This document shows, piece after piece, positions 1-13,159 of a stretch of 64,000 nucleotides of DNA. The notes under the pieces are model-generated. The model was not told the DNA's origin. It did not search any database and saw only the letters and a list, made by a program, of their open reading frames with translations. The stretch comes from Octopus vulgaris (taxonomy: Eukaryota): assembly GCA_951406725.2 (NCBI GenBank), contig OX597820.1:97774001-97838000 (forward strand), given 5' to 3'. A program made the translations under genes and the position numbers. Each line of letters begins with the position of its first letter. The stretch's first letter is position 1.

Positions 1-280
1 GAGCCCTTTTATTTCTTCACATGTATACGCTCAGAATTGGTCCTTCACGCTGGCTATTCTTCCAACATTCACCCACCTTTCAACAAGCTTGCTAGGAAGA
101 AACACTCTCCTCTCCACCCTCAACTTCATTTTCAAATGACCGTTATACAAAGGGAAATTACTGTGTTATTGACCGCTATTAAGACAAAAGAGCTATTCGA
201 ATGACCGCTAAGTAAGGTAAGGTTCATAGTATTCGCGTAAACGGTCCTGTTCATACCTACACATGCGCGCCCGAACACCC

Positions 281-464
281 ACGTGCGTATGCATACATTC
301 ATCCACCCTCACGAGAAAAACGTACACATCTTCACTCGCATCCTTCGCCAAATTATATGCAAATCCATACAAACCCCCACACAAATGCATATACATTTGG
401 CGAAGGATGCGAGTGAAGATATGTACGTTTTGCTAGTGAGGATGAATGTATGCGTACGCACGTA
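281..464. repeat. Fold-back inverted repeat (MITE-like or PLE-derived hairpin)
   Basis: ACGTGCGTATGCATACATTCATCC...CATCTTCACTCGCATCCTTCGCCAAAT (281-353) is the near-exact reverse complement of 395-464 (ATTTGGCGAAGGATGCGAGTGAAGAT...TACGCACGT). Confidence 0.85.
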
Positions 465-624
465 ATTTAATTTTTTCCCAAATAGAGTTACGATGTTTTT
501 GAATAACTTCTCTCAATGTTAGGATTTTTCCATTTGATATTTGATAACCGTTACTTTTAGCTTACTTTACAAGAAAACTGCGCGTAATTTTGTTTACAGG
601 TGTTAGTTCAGTGTCAATTTTAAC

Positions 625-1235
625 ATGACGTGCAAAAACGAACATTTTCGCCAAATTTTACTTTTTTTATTTCCGTAAAGGCAAGAAAGCTGCTGAAACT
701 CACAAAGAGATACGTGAAGTTTATGGTGTTGATTGCTTAACAGAACGCATATGTCAGAAATGGTTTTAAAAATTCCGTCAGGAGATTTTTCATTCAAAGA
801 TGCCCAACGTTCTAGTCGACCTACTGAAATTGATGATGACATAATCAAAGTCACAATTGAATCTGATTGCCATATAATTGTGCAAGAGATTGCAGAGAGG
901 TTAAATGTCTCACACACAACAATTGAAAACCCCATAAAATATCTTGGACTCGTTAAGAAGCTCAATATTTGGGCACCGCATAAATTGAAAGAGATTAGCT
1001 TAACACGAGGAATTAATATTTGCGATATGCATCTCAAACGCAATGAAATAGACCTGTCTTTGAAACGAATCATCACTGGTGGTGAAAAATGGATTTTTCT
1101 ACAATAACATCAATCGAAAACGATCTTGGACCAAGCTGAATTGCATAAAAAAGAGGTCATGCTGTCGATTTGGTGGGATTACAAAGGTGTATATTTTCAG
1201 CTGCTTCCAAGGAACCAAACGATCTATTCAGATGT
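625..1235 (+). mobile_element. Decayed mariner transposase fragment
   Basis: Frameshifted ORFs 733-1107 and 1126- give the HTH region (SSRPTEIDDD...EIAERLNVSHTTI), WAPHKL (WVPHEL motif), IITGGEKW (first catalytic D mutated) and KKEVMLSIWWD. Confidence 0.9.
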
Positions 1236-1420
1236 TTCAGTATTTAGGAGAAATACAAGTTTATGTTATTGTTTCCATATGGCTGTTTGCAGCACTACAA
1301 AAGATGCTTCAAGTGCATTTAGGTGGTCAACTACAGCGAATCATCAAGAAACACTATTGCATTAAGTTACACACACACACGTACACACACCCATACATAT
1401 GTACATATCTATATATGAAT

Positions 1421-1458
<38 letters not shown>

Positions 1459-1517
1459 ATGTGTGCGTGTGTGTATGTGTGTGTGTGTGTATTTCTATAT
1501 ATTTATATACATAATAT

Positions 1518-1862
1518 ATGACCAAAAGCTGCGTGTATTCCATCCCATGCAGCTGTGGTACGTTATACAAAGGCGAAACATACCGCCCCCTCAAAATAAG
1601 GATAGAGGAACATCGCAAGGCTGTGATACAAGGAGATATTGATAAATCGGGTATAGCTGATCATATATGCAAAAATGGAGACCACCTATCCCTGTGGGAT
1701 GAAGTTAAAATAATAGACATAGAACACCACTGGAAAATACGAAAACTAAAAGAAGCAGCACATATGCTAGGACACAGCAATCTCCGAAGCAGACCGAGTG
1801 CAGAGATGAATAGCATATCGGAACCGGTACTAAGGAAGGCTAGGAAATTATTAGATTTATAA
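1518..1862 (+). mobile_element. Penelope-like element GIY-YIG endonuclease fragment (5'-truncated, in TA/TG microsatellite)
   Basis: CVYSIPCSCGTLYKGETYRPLKIRIEEH...SGIADH...WDEVKIID...RKLKEAAH is a typical PLE GIY-YIG domain. Confidence 0.9.
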
Positions 1863-1893
1863 GCCCTAAAGTTCGCTTCATAATTGCCCACTA

Positions 1894-1965
1894 GGCATAT
1901 GGCGTAGTGGTTAAGAGCGCGGGCTACTAAATCCAAGATTCCGAGTTCGATTCCAGGCAGTGACC
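1894..1965 (+). other. tRNA-like Pol III cassette in the PLE 3' region (not a functional tRNA)
   Basis: A box TGGCGTAGTGG, anticodon-like loop CTACTAA, B box GTTCGATTCC; acceptor and anticodon stems imperfect. Confidence 0.75.
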
Positions 1966-3288
1966 TAAATAATAATAATATTAATAATAACATCGAAAAA
2001 TACATTAGGAATGAAAACCCAGGTTCGAAATTTCCCCAAGGAAATGTAAATGTAAATAGTGTACATAATTCCTAAGATAAAATGAAAATGTGTACATGTT
2101 TGGGATACTCTGCACACCCCAGCACCACACACTTACACACAAGATTTTAAAATTATATTATGAACTTATAACGCAATTATTTATTCCTTTGTCATTGTAA
2201 TTTCTTATTACTGCTCTGTACCCCATTGACGTATCGTTCGGAATCATTTGTATATTGAGCTCTAACACCAGGTTATTTGTATCGCTAAACCTAAGCGAAA
2301 TGTCTGTCTATCTAGCTATCTGTCTATCTGTCAACCGACCTATCTATCTGCCTGTCTGTCTATCTGCCTGTCTCTCTTTCTATCAGTCTGTCTGTCTGTC
2401 TCTCTCTATCAACCGACCTATCTATCTGTCGATCTTCCTGTCTCTCTGTTTATCTATCTATCTATCTGTCCGTCCGTCCGTCCATCCATCCATCCATCTA
2501 ATTGTCTGTCTATCTCTCTTTATATATATATATGCAGGTATACTAACGTACTTATGTAAAGACGTATATTCGTCCCCCTCTCTATATATATGTGTATTGT
2601 CAAGTAAGATCAAGACCATGTATTTATGGAAGTAGTAAGTTACATTAATATAATACAGAATATTTATAAGACTCTTTATAAGACTGATAAACTCTACCAC
2701 CCGTTCCAGTTTCCATCCACCGAAACAATCACATTATATACAGAATGTAACTTTAATATTGCACGAGAAAATTAGCCGAGATCTAACAAACGAGATAAAT
2801 AAACATGTAAACAAATTAACATAAAGAACAACAAATATACACAAAGAAGATGAATATGGTAAAATGAATATGGTAAAATGAATATGGTAAAAAAACGAAA
2901 AAAATTAGGAAAATAGCTGTAATAGGCATGTGGGTTTATAGGAAGATATTTTGAAAATATGTATCAGGACGTTTTCTGAATTCTGGGCAAAGAGGAAATT
3001 ATACTTTGCCTCTAATGCCCCAAGGTTTTCCCATCTTGAGAAAAGTATTATTAATTTTATCATTGATATTGTTGCTGTTCTTGTAAGCATTTTCTTCTTC
3101 ATCACCATGATATACTTACTATCTGTAGATGTGTGATCAAATAAAAATTGATTCATATCTCCTTACCTCCTTTATTCACTTAGTAACGAACTGTCAGTCA
3201 TTCGTTCCCATCATTCAGTATTTCCTTGTTTGTTTTTATGTTTTCGTTTCTCGTTGTGTTCTACGTTTATTTGTGGTGTCCTGTACTC

Positions 3289-3349
<61 letters not shown>

Positions 3350-3533
3350 TATGCATGTATATACACATATAGATGTATATGTACATATATGTATGTATGC
3401 ATATATTTTGTTTATTAAATTGTTATTATATATATATATATATATAATATATATATATATATTTAATAAACAAAATATATGCATACATACATACATACAT
3501 ATATGTACATACCTACATCTATATGTATATATA

Positions 3534-3573
<40 letters not shown>

Positions 3574-4115
3574 TTATCTCTATCTCTCCCTCTCACTTTA
3601 AAAATATATGTAAATATATGCGTATATGCAAGTGTGTCTGTGTGTGATTGTGTGTAAATGAGTTTGTGCGTACGTGCCTGAAAATTTAAATATAAATGTA
3701 TGCAGCCATACATATATATATACAAATGTATGGTATACAACTTCTCTAAAATTAGGCTCTACATTAAATACAGAAACATAAACGTATACTCAGGAGGGAA
3801 TACACACGTAGAAATCTCAATATCTAATTCTACACTCATACCTATTTACAAAATGCTGCACGATCTTTAAGATGAATATAACAATTTTTAAAAAATGTGT
3901 TCTTATATGTGTGTACTATGTATACAAGCAAGTATATATATTAATGTATATAAGAAATAACTACAGTGCTCCAGCATGGCCGCACGCAAATAACTGAAAC
4001 GAGTAAAAGAATAAAAGAATAAATGCATATGCATTTATATATATATATATACATACATATATGTGTGTGTGTATGTGTGTGTGTATGCATGTGTGTATGT
4101 GTGTGTATGTGTGTG

Positions 4116-4148
<33 letters not shown>

Positions 4149-4317
4149 ATATGTGTTTGTGTATAAATATGTATGTGTGTTTGTATGAATATATATGTAT
4201 GTATGTATATACACATAAATACATATGTAGACAGAGAAAGAGAGAGAGAGAGTGAAAAAGAGTAGGTATGTGCACACACAGGTATGTAAATATAGATATA
4301 CTCAAGTACAAACAGGC

Positions 4318-4374
<57 letters not shown>

Positions 4375-4486
4375 TGTATATGTATGTATATGAGTGAGTG
4401 TGTCAGAATACATTACACTGTAAGGTACATTGGCATCACATGAAAGCCAAAGTCAATATGAATCCACACAAATATACACACACTCA

Positions 4487-4549
<63 letters not shown>

Positions 4550-4834
4550 ATATACATATATATAAGTGTGGGTGTGTGTATGTATACATATACATACCCT
4601 TTTATGTATATATATATAAATGTATATATATATGTATATATATGTAGATATATATATATATATATGCACACATAAAATCACATGTATAGATATAAATGTT
4701 TGTACAAATATATATATATACGCACGCGTGTATGTATGCCTGTATTAAGAGTATACGTACACACATGTATATGGAAGAATATATTCTTTGTATGTATATA
4801 TTTATTTATACGTAGGTGTATATATGTGTGTATA

Positions 4835-4891
<57 letters not shown>

Positions 4892-5010
4892 ATATATGTA
4901 TATATATTTATATATTTATATGTGTATATTTGCATTTATATATTATATATATATATATATATATGTATACACACATACACACACACATATATACATACAT
5001 ATATACATAC

Positions 5011-5058
<48 letters not shown>

Positions 5059-5281
5059 ATGTATGTATGTATGTATGTATGTATGTATGTATGTATGTAT
5101 ATATCGCTTTGCAACAATGTTACTGACATATCTCTAAAGTAAGAACGCATTTAGACAATGGAAAATGTTTTTGGCCACTCACGGCAATACGTGACGTCAG
5201 GATAATTCGACAGTAGCTTTAGATATTAATAACCTAAATGATTATATTAGGATTTTTACATAGTTTTTTTCTTTATTATCA

Positions 5282-5346
<65 letters not shown>

Positions 5347-5705
5347 ACCAGATACATTTTTCGTTTTGTTTTATGATTTTTGCCTTTTGATATTTTTTTT
5401 TCACCGTCTTATATTTTCTCTCCTACCTCTACCCACGTCATTCTCCATCTACCACACCATGAAACCCCCAATCCGACATCTACGCCGCACTGTAAACTGT
5501 TATGTTGTACTCTACATTACCATGAATATATGATTTATTATATTTCATGTAAGTTCAGATGGATACTAATTTCAGAATACATCTGTAGTGGCTTTCATGG
5601 CGATTTTAAGAAATATATGTAAGCATTCTCACTCTGACGTCCTGCTTTTCTCCTCTCTCGGCATTTCTCTCTCTCTCTCAGTCATACGTATATACAAAGA
5701 TATAT

Positions 5706-5740
<35 letters not shown>

Positions 5741-5764
5741 TTCTTTCTCTCTATCAAACACACA

Positions 5765-5805
<41 letters not shown>

Positions 5806-5878
5806 GTGTGTATATATGTATGTGTCGATGTGTCTGTATGTATATATATATATATGTTTATATATCTCGTTGTCTATT

Positions 5879-6090
5879 ATTGAGCTATTAAGCCAGTAAC
5901 GCATAAGGCGCAGTTGCTAAATTTGGGCAGTTGATCCTATGCTGAATTAGGCATCGGAACCTGCATCAACGCCATCCCACAGTCAGGAATGATTTCTCTT
6001 TCGTTTAACTGAGCAACTGAGTTGTCAAATGGTGCTGACGGCTATAAACCCAATCGAAACACACATTGGCCCTTGTGTATGTGTTTTACG

Positions 6091-6150
<60 letters not shown>

Positions 6151-6380
6151 AATATATATCGTCAGCACCATTTGAGCTATTAAGCCAGTATCGCATAAGG
6201 CGCATTGCTAAATTTGGGCAGTTGATCCTATGATGAATTCAGGCATCGGAACCTGCATCAACGCCATCCCACAGTCAGGAATGATTTCTCTTTCGTTTAA
6301 CTGAGCAACTGAGATATATAAACATATATATATATACAATACAGAAACACACATTGGCCCTTGTGTATGTGTTTTACGTG
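5879..6380 (+). repeat. Partial tandem duplication with a short inverted segment, PLE-like; degenerate hammerhead at 6028-6067
   Basis: 5879-6021 is repeated at 6172-6313; 6161-6175 is the reverse complement of 6025-6039; aatggtg-CTGACGG...GAAAC-a-cacatt, and the inverted copy reads CTGACGA. Confidence 0.6.
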
Positions 6381-6382
6381 TG

Positions 6383-6432
<50 letters not shown>

Positions 6433-6541
6433 TTGATATGTATAGATGCGTCTGTGTGTATGTGTGTGTGTCTTTTGCATATATCTTGTTTCAGTATATC
6501 TTTGACTGCGGCCAGCAATACTAGAGAGACAAACACAGACA

Positions 6542-6628
<87 letters not shown>

Positions 6629-6854
6629 CATATATACATATATACGACAGGCTTTCAGTTTCCGTCTACCAAATCCACTCACAAGGCATTGGTCAGCCCG
6701 GGGCTATAGCAGGAGACACTTGGCCAAGATGCCACGCAGGAGGACTGAACCCGGAGCCATGTGGTTGGTTAGCAAGCTAATACTAAGACCACTCCTGCGC
6801 CTATAATATCAAAATCTAAAATCATAAAACTAAAACGAAAAATGTCTGTCTGGT

Positions 6855-6919
<65 letters not shown>

Positions 6920-7049
6920 TGATAATAAAGAAAAAAACTATGTAAAATCTGTCTAATCTAATCTATTTATCTATCTAATATCTATCTATCTGTCTAATTA
7001 TCTATCGTCAATCTATCTGATCTATCTATCTATCTATCTATATATGTAT

Positions 7050-7250
7050 TCTCTTTCTCTTTTACTAGTCATTTGACTGCGGCCATGCTGGAGCACCTAT
7101 CTATTAGTCTAGCAAATCGACCCCGGGACTTATTCTTTGTAAGCCCAGTACTTATTCTATCGGTCTCTTTTGCCGAACCGTTAAGTAACGGGGACGTAAA
7201 CACACCAACATCGGTTGTCAAGCAATACTAGAGAGACAAACACAGACACA

Positions 7251-7306
<56 letters not shown>

Positions 7307-7485
7307 CATATGTACATATATACGACAGGCTTCTTTCAGTTTCCGTCTACCAAATCCACTCACAAGGCATTGGTCGGCCCGGGGCTATAGCAGAAGACAC
7401 TTGCCCAAGATGCTACGCAGTGAGACTGAACCCGGAACCATGTGGCTGGTTAGCAAGCTACTTACCACACAGCCACTCCTGCGCC
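7050..7485 (-). mobile_element. tRNA-derived SINE with CORE-like domain (abundant octopus-type family), near full length
   Basis: Minus strand GGCGCAGGAGTGGCTGTGTGGTAAG...GGTTCAGTC...CTTGGGCAAGTGTCTT, internal (TA)/(TG), tail GCTCCAGCATGGCCGCAGTCAAATGAC. Other copies near 6485-6801, 10212-10372, 14635-14975, 19440-19800, 28355-28752, 31257-31570, 54970-55070. Confidence 0.9.
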
Positions 7486-7502
7486 TATATATATATACTT
7501 CC

Positions 7503-7890
<388 letters not shown>

Positions 7891-9532
7891 CTCACCAACA
7901 TATGTACAGGCATACATACACACATACATACTCATAGACACAAACTGGACAATAGTTCAGATAACAAAGGAAACAAAAGAACTCAATATTGAGAAAAGTG
8001 TATCATATAAGTTCAATCAAAGTGAAATGATTCCAGGATATACTTTTCTATTTTGAGGTATCAAATATAATACGAATATTTTTATGAGAGTGTTGTATAT
8101 ATCTACTCATCGTTAGGATTAAGGAAGTACGAAAGAGATTAAAAGAGAGAGTGTATGTAGTAAATGTATTTAAAATGTGTTTTAAATGTGTAAAGAGGAA
8201 GAAGGGATCAAATCGGTGACATTTCATTATATTCAGCTGCTTTGAAGAATCAGAATGCTCTTGCTGTATTATCTATATCAGTTATTTGTCGTTCTGATCA
8301 CTCCAATTGCGTGTTGTTAGGCATGATGCTAAGGCGGTAAGGAGATTAGCCCTGACACGGCTTGGTACCTGGGTCGAATTTCAACTCAGAACGCAAAGAC
8401 ATGCGACAGATACTACAAGATATCTCATCCAACATTCTAACAGTTCTGTCAATCCACCGCCATCGGTCGATACCATATTTCATTTTGAAAGGATAAATGG
8501 CAATAGCTCACCTTCTAATGATTTCAGCTTAGAGCTCAGTGGCCTTCGGTTTATATTCCATAAGGCCCTTTCTCTTCAACCCTCTAACGACTTTGCCAAA
8601 TATGACTAATCAATTTGGTTGACAAACACAGGTGTTGTCAAGGTATTGTGAGAATCGTTATTAGTTTCAGTATCCCCAAAACGATGGGTTGGCTGATATC
8701 CCTTTTATAGCGCGTGATCTTCGCTTGTTAAAAAGTTTTATTTGTGAAATGATATTGCCGGAAAACTAATCGCGTGAAAAGCGAAGTAACTCTTATTAAT
8801 TAACATCACCTGTTTGGTCTGATAAAGACTTTAAGATATTTCAGTGATTTAAAGCGTTTATACAAATATGGAAACGCTTGATTTGAAAGGTATTGAAATG
8901 AGAAAAAAATGAAATTAATATGTGATATTAAGAAATTCAACGCAGTCTCAGCTTGTTGGATTGATTATCAGCTCTGACAAAAAATATATTTTGAATGGAA
9001 TGTCATAGTTCGTGTTTTTCTGTCTAAGATTCCGGATGAATATCGACAAATAATCATCGGGTTTTCAGAACTGATAGCGAAAAGTGCATAGAAGTTGGTT
9101 GTCGCGCAATTTAGGGGTAATCCAATGTATGATCTTGAAACTGCTAATCTAAATCTTAGCACTCTATAAAAAATCCTTTAGAAGAACATTTACTGTTGAA
9201 TGAACATATATTCGGACGAATGCAATTGTAAGGTAAAGTGCTTAGTTTGATGCTGTTAACAGACTGCACAAATTTAGATGTAGTAGACTAGAAAACGCTT
9301 ATAAAATATTTGTTACAAAGGTTATTGTACATATGGAGTGAAGTGCTTTTGCGAAACGACTAAGTTATGGGAATGTAAGCACGCCGACACCAGTTGTGAA
9401 GCGGTGGTGGGGGACAAACAGACAAGAAGACTCACACATACATACAGACACACACACACACATGCTTTCGGTGCGACTGGTTTTGTTATACGGTGCCGGG
9501 TTTTCAATCCTGTAAATAATAATAATGGTATT

Positions 9533-9762
9533 TATATAAGCCTAAAGCTTATGGTGATCACCGTGCAATGACTAAAGAAAATAGTCTCATAATTGGGCAT
9601 ACAAGCCCTCGACAGAAAAAAAGTAGGCTTTCCTATCCGTGTAGGACTCGAACGCAGATAGGAAAGCCTACTTTTTTTCTGTCGAGGACTTGTATGCTCA
9701 ATTATTAGACTATTTTCCTTAGTCATTGCACAATGTTCGATATAAGCTTTAGACTTATATAT
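9533..9762. repeat. Long fold-back element in TA context, with a tRNA B-box fragment in its loop
   Basis: Arms 9564-9637 and 9657-9730, plus outer TATATAAGCCTAAAGCTTAT / ATAAGCTTTAGACTTATATA; the loop reads GTTCGAGTCCTAC on the minus strand. Confidence 0.85.
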
Positions 9763-9790
9763 ATAGGCTATATATAGGCTTATATATATA

Positions 9791-10187
9791 TATATAATAT
9801 TAATTAGAGACAAAACCACTATTATGCAAATCAAACAAAGAAAGACTTAATCCAATACATAAAAAATTTTATATAAATTAAATAAAATTAAGTTATCCAC
9901 TACAATTGTTTCTTGTCACTTCTAATTTAAAATTGAATAGAAGGTCTGAAAACCACCTGATGAATGTCCTTAGAAGTGACAAGAGACAATTGTAGTGGAT
10001 AACTTAATTTTATTTAATTTATATACAAATTTTTATGTATTGGATTAAGTCTTTCTTTGTTTGATTTGCATAATAGTGGTTTTGTCTCTAATTAATATTA
10101 TATAATATTTTACTATAAAATTGGATTCAATCCTAAATCTGATTTTTCCCTGTAAATTTGGATTTATTCCCTAATATTTATTATTAT
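9791..10187 (+). mobile_element. Inverted (palindromic) Penelope-like terminal repeat with 3' extension, in (TA)n
   Basis: About 135-bp arms 9791-9925 and 9970-10104, tail 10105-10187; a related diverged copy lies at 16042-16500 (minus). Confidence 0.8.
9953..9998 (+). ncRNA. Minimal type I hammerhead ribozyme motif (one core substitution)
   Basis: ccac-CTGATGA-a-tgtc(cttagaagt)gaca-a-GAGAC-aatt-GTA-gtgg; the opposite arm keeps GAAAC; stem III ACAATTGT is palindromic. Confidence 0.85.
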
Positions 10188-10557
10188 ATATATATATATA
10201 TATATATATTAGACGGGCTTCTTCCACTTTCCGTCTACTAAATCCATTCACAAGCCTTTGGACGGCTCGGAGCTATAGTAGAAGATACTTGCCCAAGGTG
10301 CCAAGGAGTGAAACTGAATGCGGAACTATATGGTTGGGAAGCAAATCTCTTACCACACAGCCACGCTTGCGTCTCTGTGGAGATAGATTTGTTATAAAAG
10401 AAAGGCGTAAAGAAATGTATTTAATAAATGGGTTAAATTCTTTTCCATTCGATTCGCTTCCAATTCTGCCTTTCCACCACCACGTTCTTTTGTATAGGAG
10501 ACTATCTTTATCCATCAAGCACACGCACATGTAAACATATAAATATATACACGCACG

Positions 10558-10612
<55 letters not shown>

Positions 10613-10672
10613 ATATATATATGCATATATGTATATATATGCATATATATGTATATATATGTATATATATGA

Positions 10673-10724
<52 letters not shown>

Positions 10725-12081
10725 ATGTGTGTGTGTGTTTGCATGTGTTTTTGTATGCATGTTTATATGTACGCATGTATGTGTGCGCATGTGCGGGAAC
10801 GGTGGTGTTTTATGCGTGTGAAATATAAACTTTACAATTTTTGCTTTCATAACTTTGCTACCATTCGTCGAATATTCAACGTCGACTAATTTTAATTGGC
10901 TTTTGAAATAATACAAGACCACTGGTCTTGCAGAAACTATGGTTTGCTTCAAAACTAAATCTATAAATTAGTAATCATTTTTTTCTTTTGAAAGGGGCGG
11001 CGAGAGATAGTCAACAATGAGGTCAATATTGCAAAATCTTCGAAAGAAAAACGTAACAAAAACAATTATAAGTAATCACATATGCTGTCCATAATGCAAT
11101 ATACTGAATTCATTTCTTACTTAAGTATAAAAGCTTATATGAATGACAGAAGTAGGGGTAGAATTAAAAATGTAACGTTCAAATATTCGAAAATGGTGTT
11201 ATGGATGTAATTCAGTGTAAACGAAAGTGAAGATATTGGAAATCAAACACGCAGGCTTCTCCAAAAGAAACGTACCTCCTGCATTGTGACACTTGACATT
11301 TTTTTCATGTAGCTTACATTACCTACTTTCCAAGTCCATTATTGTAAGCATATATTTAACGTTTATATGTCTAATGAATATAACAGCGTTACACATACGT
11401 TTGCTACGACGGACCTCCAACAATGTTTTCACTGATAAATACTGCAGGCTCTTTTGTCAATATTTTTCTCGTACATTATCATTGCTCTCAGTTGTAGTAA
11501 CTCAGGCTTTGTCTCCCTTAAACCCACTTCCTCCCCATTTTGGATATACCACTTATAAGGAATATACGCTTACATTTTGCACTTTCTCGGAACCCTTAGA
11601 TATGACTTGCAGATATCCCCCCAGAGAATGCGCCATGAAACCTGGGGTAACAAAACACTAGGATAAAACATATATAGGAAACATATATACAGAAAATAAA
11701 CTTTGCATCTGATAATATGAAAATTTCTTCCATATCTATTACTACATAATGCATATAACATTGCTGTAATTGTTTTTAATTTCTTATTAGAAAGGCAGCG
11801 AATCGTTGGAGCGTTGAATAAAAGATATTGCGGTAGTTTTTGAGATCAAATCCCTCCGAATTTGTCTTTTCATGCTTTCGGAGTCAATGAAATATAGGGC
11901 TAGTCACGTACTGGAAAGGACGCTTTCCACTAATCCGCCACATACACATTTCAGGCCTTCTGTTTATGCTAGAAAGAGTTGTTACCTTATATTCAGGGCA
12001 GTGGTTTGGCAGAATCGTTTGAACATCGAGTAATACACTCCCGACAAATTTCAGGCCTTGTGCCTATCGTCGTAGAAAGGA

Positions 12082-12298
12082 TTCTTCTTCTTCTTCTTCT
12101 TCTTCTTCTTCTTCTTCTTCTTCTTCTTCTTCTTCTTCTTCTTCTTCTTCTTCTTCTTCTTCTTTTCTTCTTCTTCTTCTTCTTCTTCTTCTTCTTCTTC
12201 TTCTTCTTCTTCTTCTTCTTCTTCTTCTTCTTCTTCTTCTTCTTCTTCTTCTTCTTCTTCTTCTTCTTCTTCTTCTTCTTCTTCTTCTTCTTCTTCTT

Positions 12299-12328
<30 letters not shown>
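12082..12328. repeat. (TTC)n microsatellite
   Basis: About 80 near-perfect triplets with one register slip. Confidence 0.95.
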
Positions 12329-12329
<1 letters not shown>

Positions 12330-13043
12330 GCACTCTATAAATCTTAGTTAATAATCTTAGCTTCTTCTTTGCTAATAATGGCTGGTGTCCTAGCTACAGT
12401 ATGCAAAGAAATTGAAAAGTGGTTGAAAATATCCAGAAAAAAGCATTACTCAGAAGTGCAAGGAATCTCCACGAAGTCAACAAGACTTGAAAAGAATAAA
12501 CGACGGTAAGTGAACAGCTGGTACATTTACCTACATACATACATACATACATACATACATACATGCATACATAAATACATACACACATGCATCCATCCAT
12601 CCGTCCATCCATCCATCCATCCATCCATCCATCCATTCATCCATCCATCCATACACACATACATACATACATACATACATACATACATGCATGCATGCAT
12701 GCATACATACATACACACATGCATGCATCCAGCCATCCATCCGTCCATCCATTCATCTATCAAACACACACACACACACACGCATGCATGTATTACTAAG
12801 GTGGTCGATTGGCAGAATGCCATTTTACCTTTGTCAGTTCAAATTCTGCCGACGTTAATTTGCCTTTCATCCACTCTGCATCATTTAACCTCCTAATCTG
12901 AAAATTGCTGGCCTCGTGCCTAGCCATTCCTATTATTCTCTATTAACGCGTATATTTCTGAACGGATTACAAGCGGCCATACTTATAATGTATTAAAATT
13001 AAGTCATCGAAACTAATTATGACTTAATTTTTCCTCTCACACC

Positions 13044-13095
13044 GTCTCCGATGAAGGGATATTATTAATTAATATCCTAGAAATAGCTGTAAGAC
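13044..13095 (+). ncRNA. Minimal hammerhead motif (degenerate)
   Basis: gtct-CCGATGA-ag-ggatatt(atta att)aatatcc-ta-GAAAT-agct-GTA-agac. Confidence 0.75.
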
Positions 13096-13159
13096 CTTCT
13101 ATCTCTAAATGCTCTAATATCTATACAGCCCTGGGTTTTTTTTTATCTCATTACGCAGA

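Noticed and set aside
1894-1965. Functional tRNA gene
   Set aside because: Acceptor and anticodon stems do not pair properly, there is no poly-T terminator, and it is embedded in a retroelement
8630-9330. Complex non-repetitive stretch, possible exon or transposase; similar stretches at 18000-19130 and 2905-3200
   Set aside because: Stops in the frames I examined and no motif I could identify with confidence; probably old TE debris, needs BLASTX
11612-11655. CCAGAGA-atg(cgc)cat-GAAAC-ctggg-GTA hammerhead-like string
   Set aside because: The 5' core is too divergent and stem I is absent; cannot be supported from one copy
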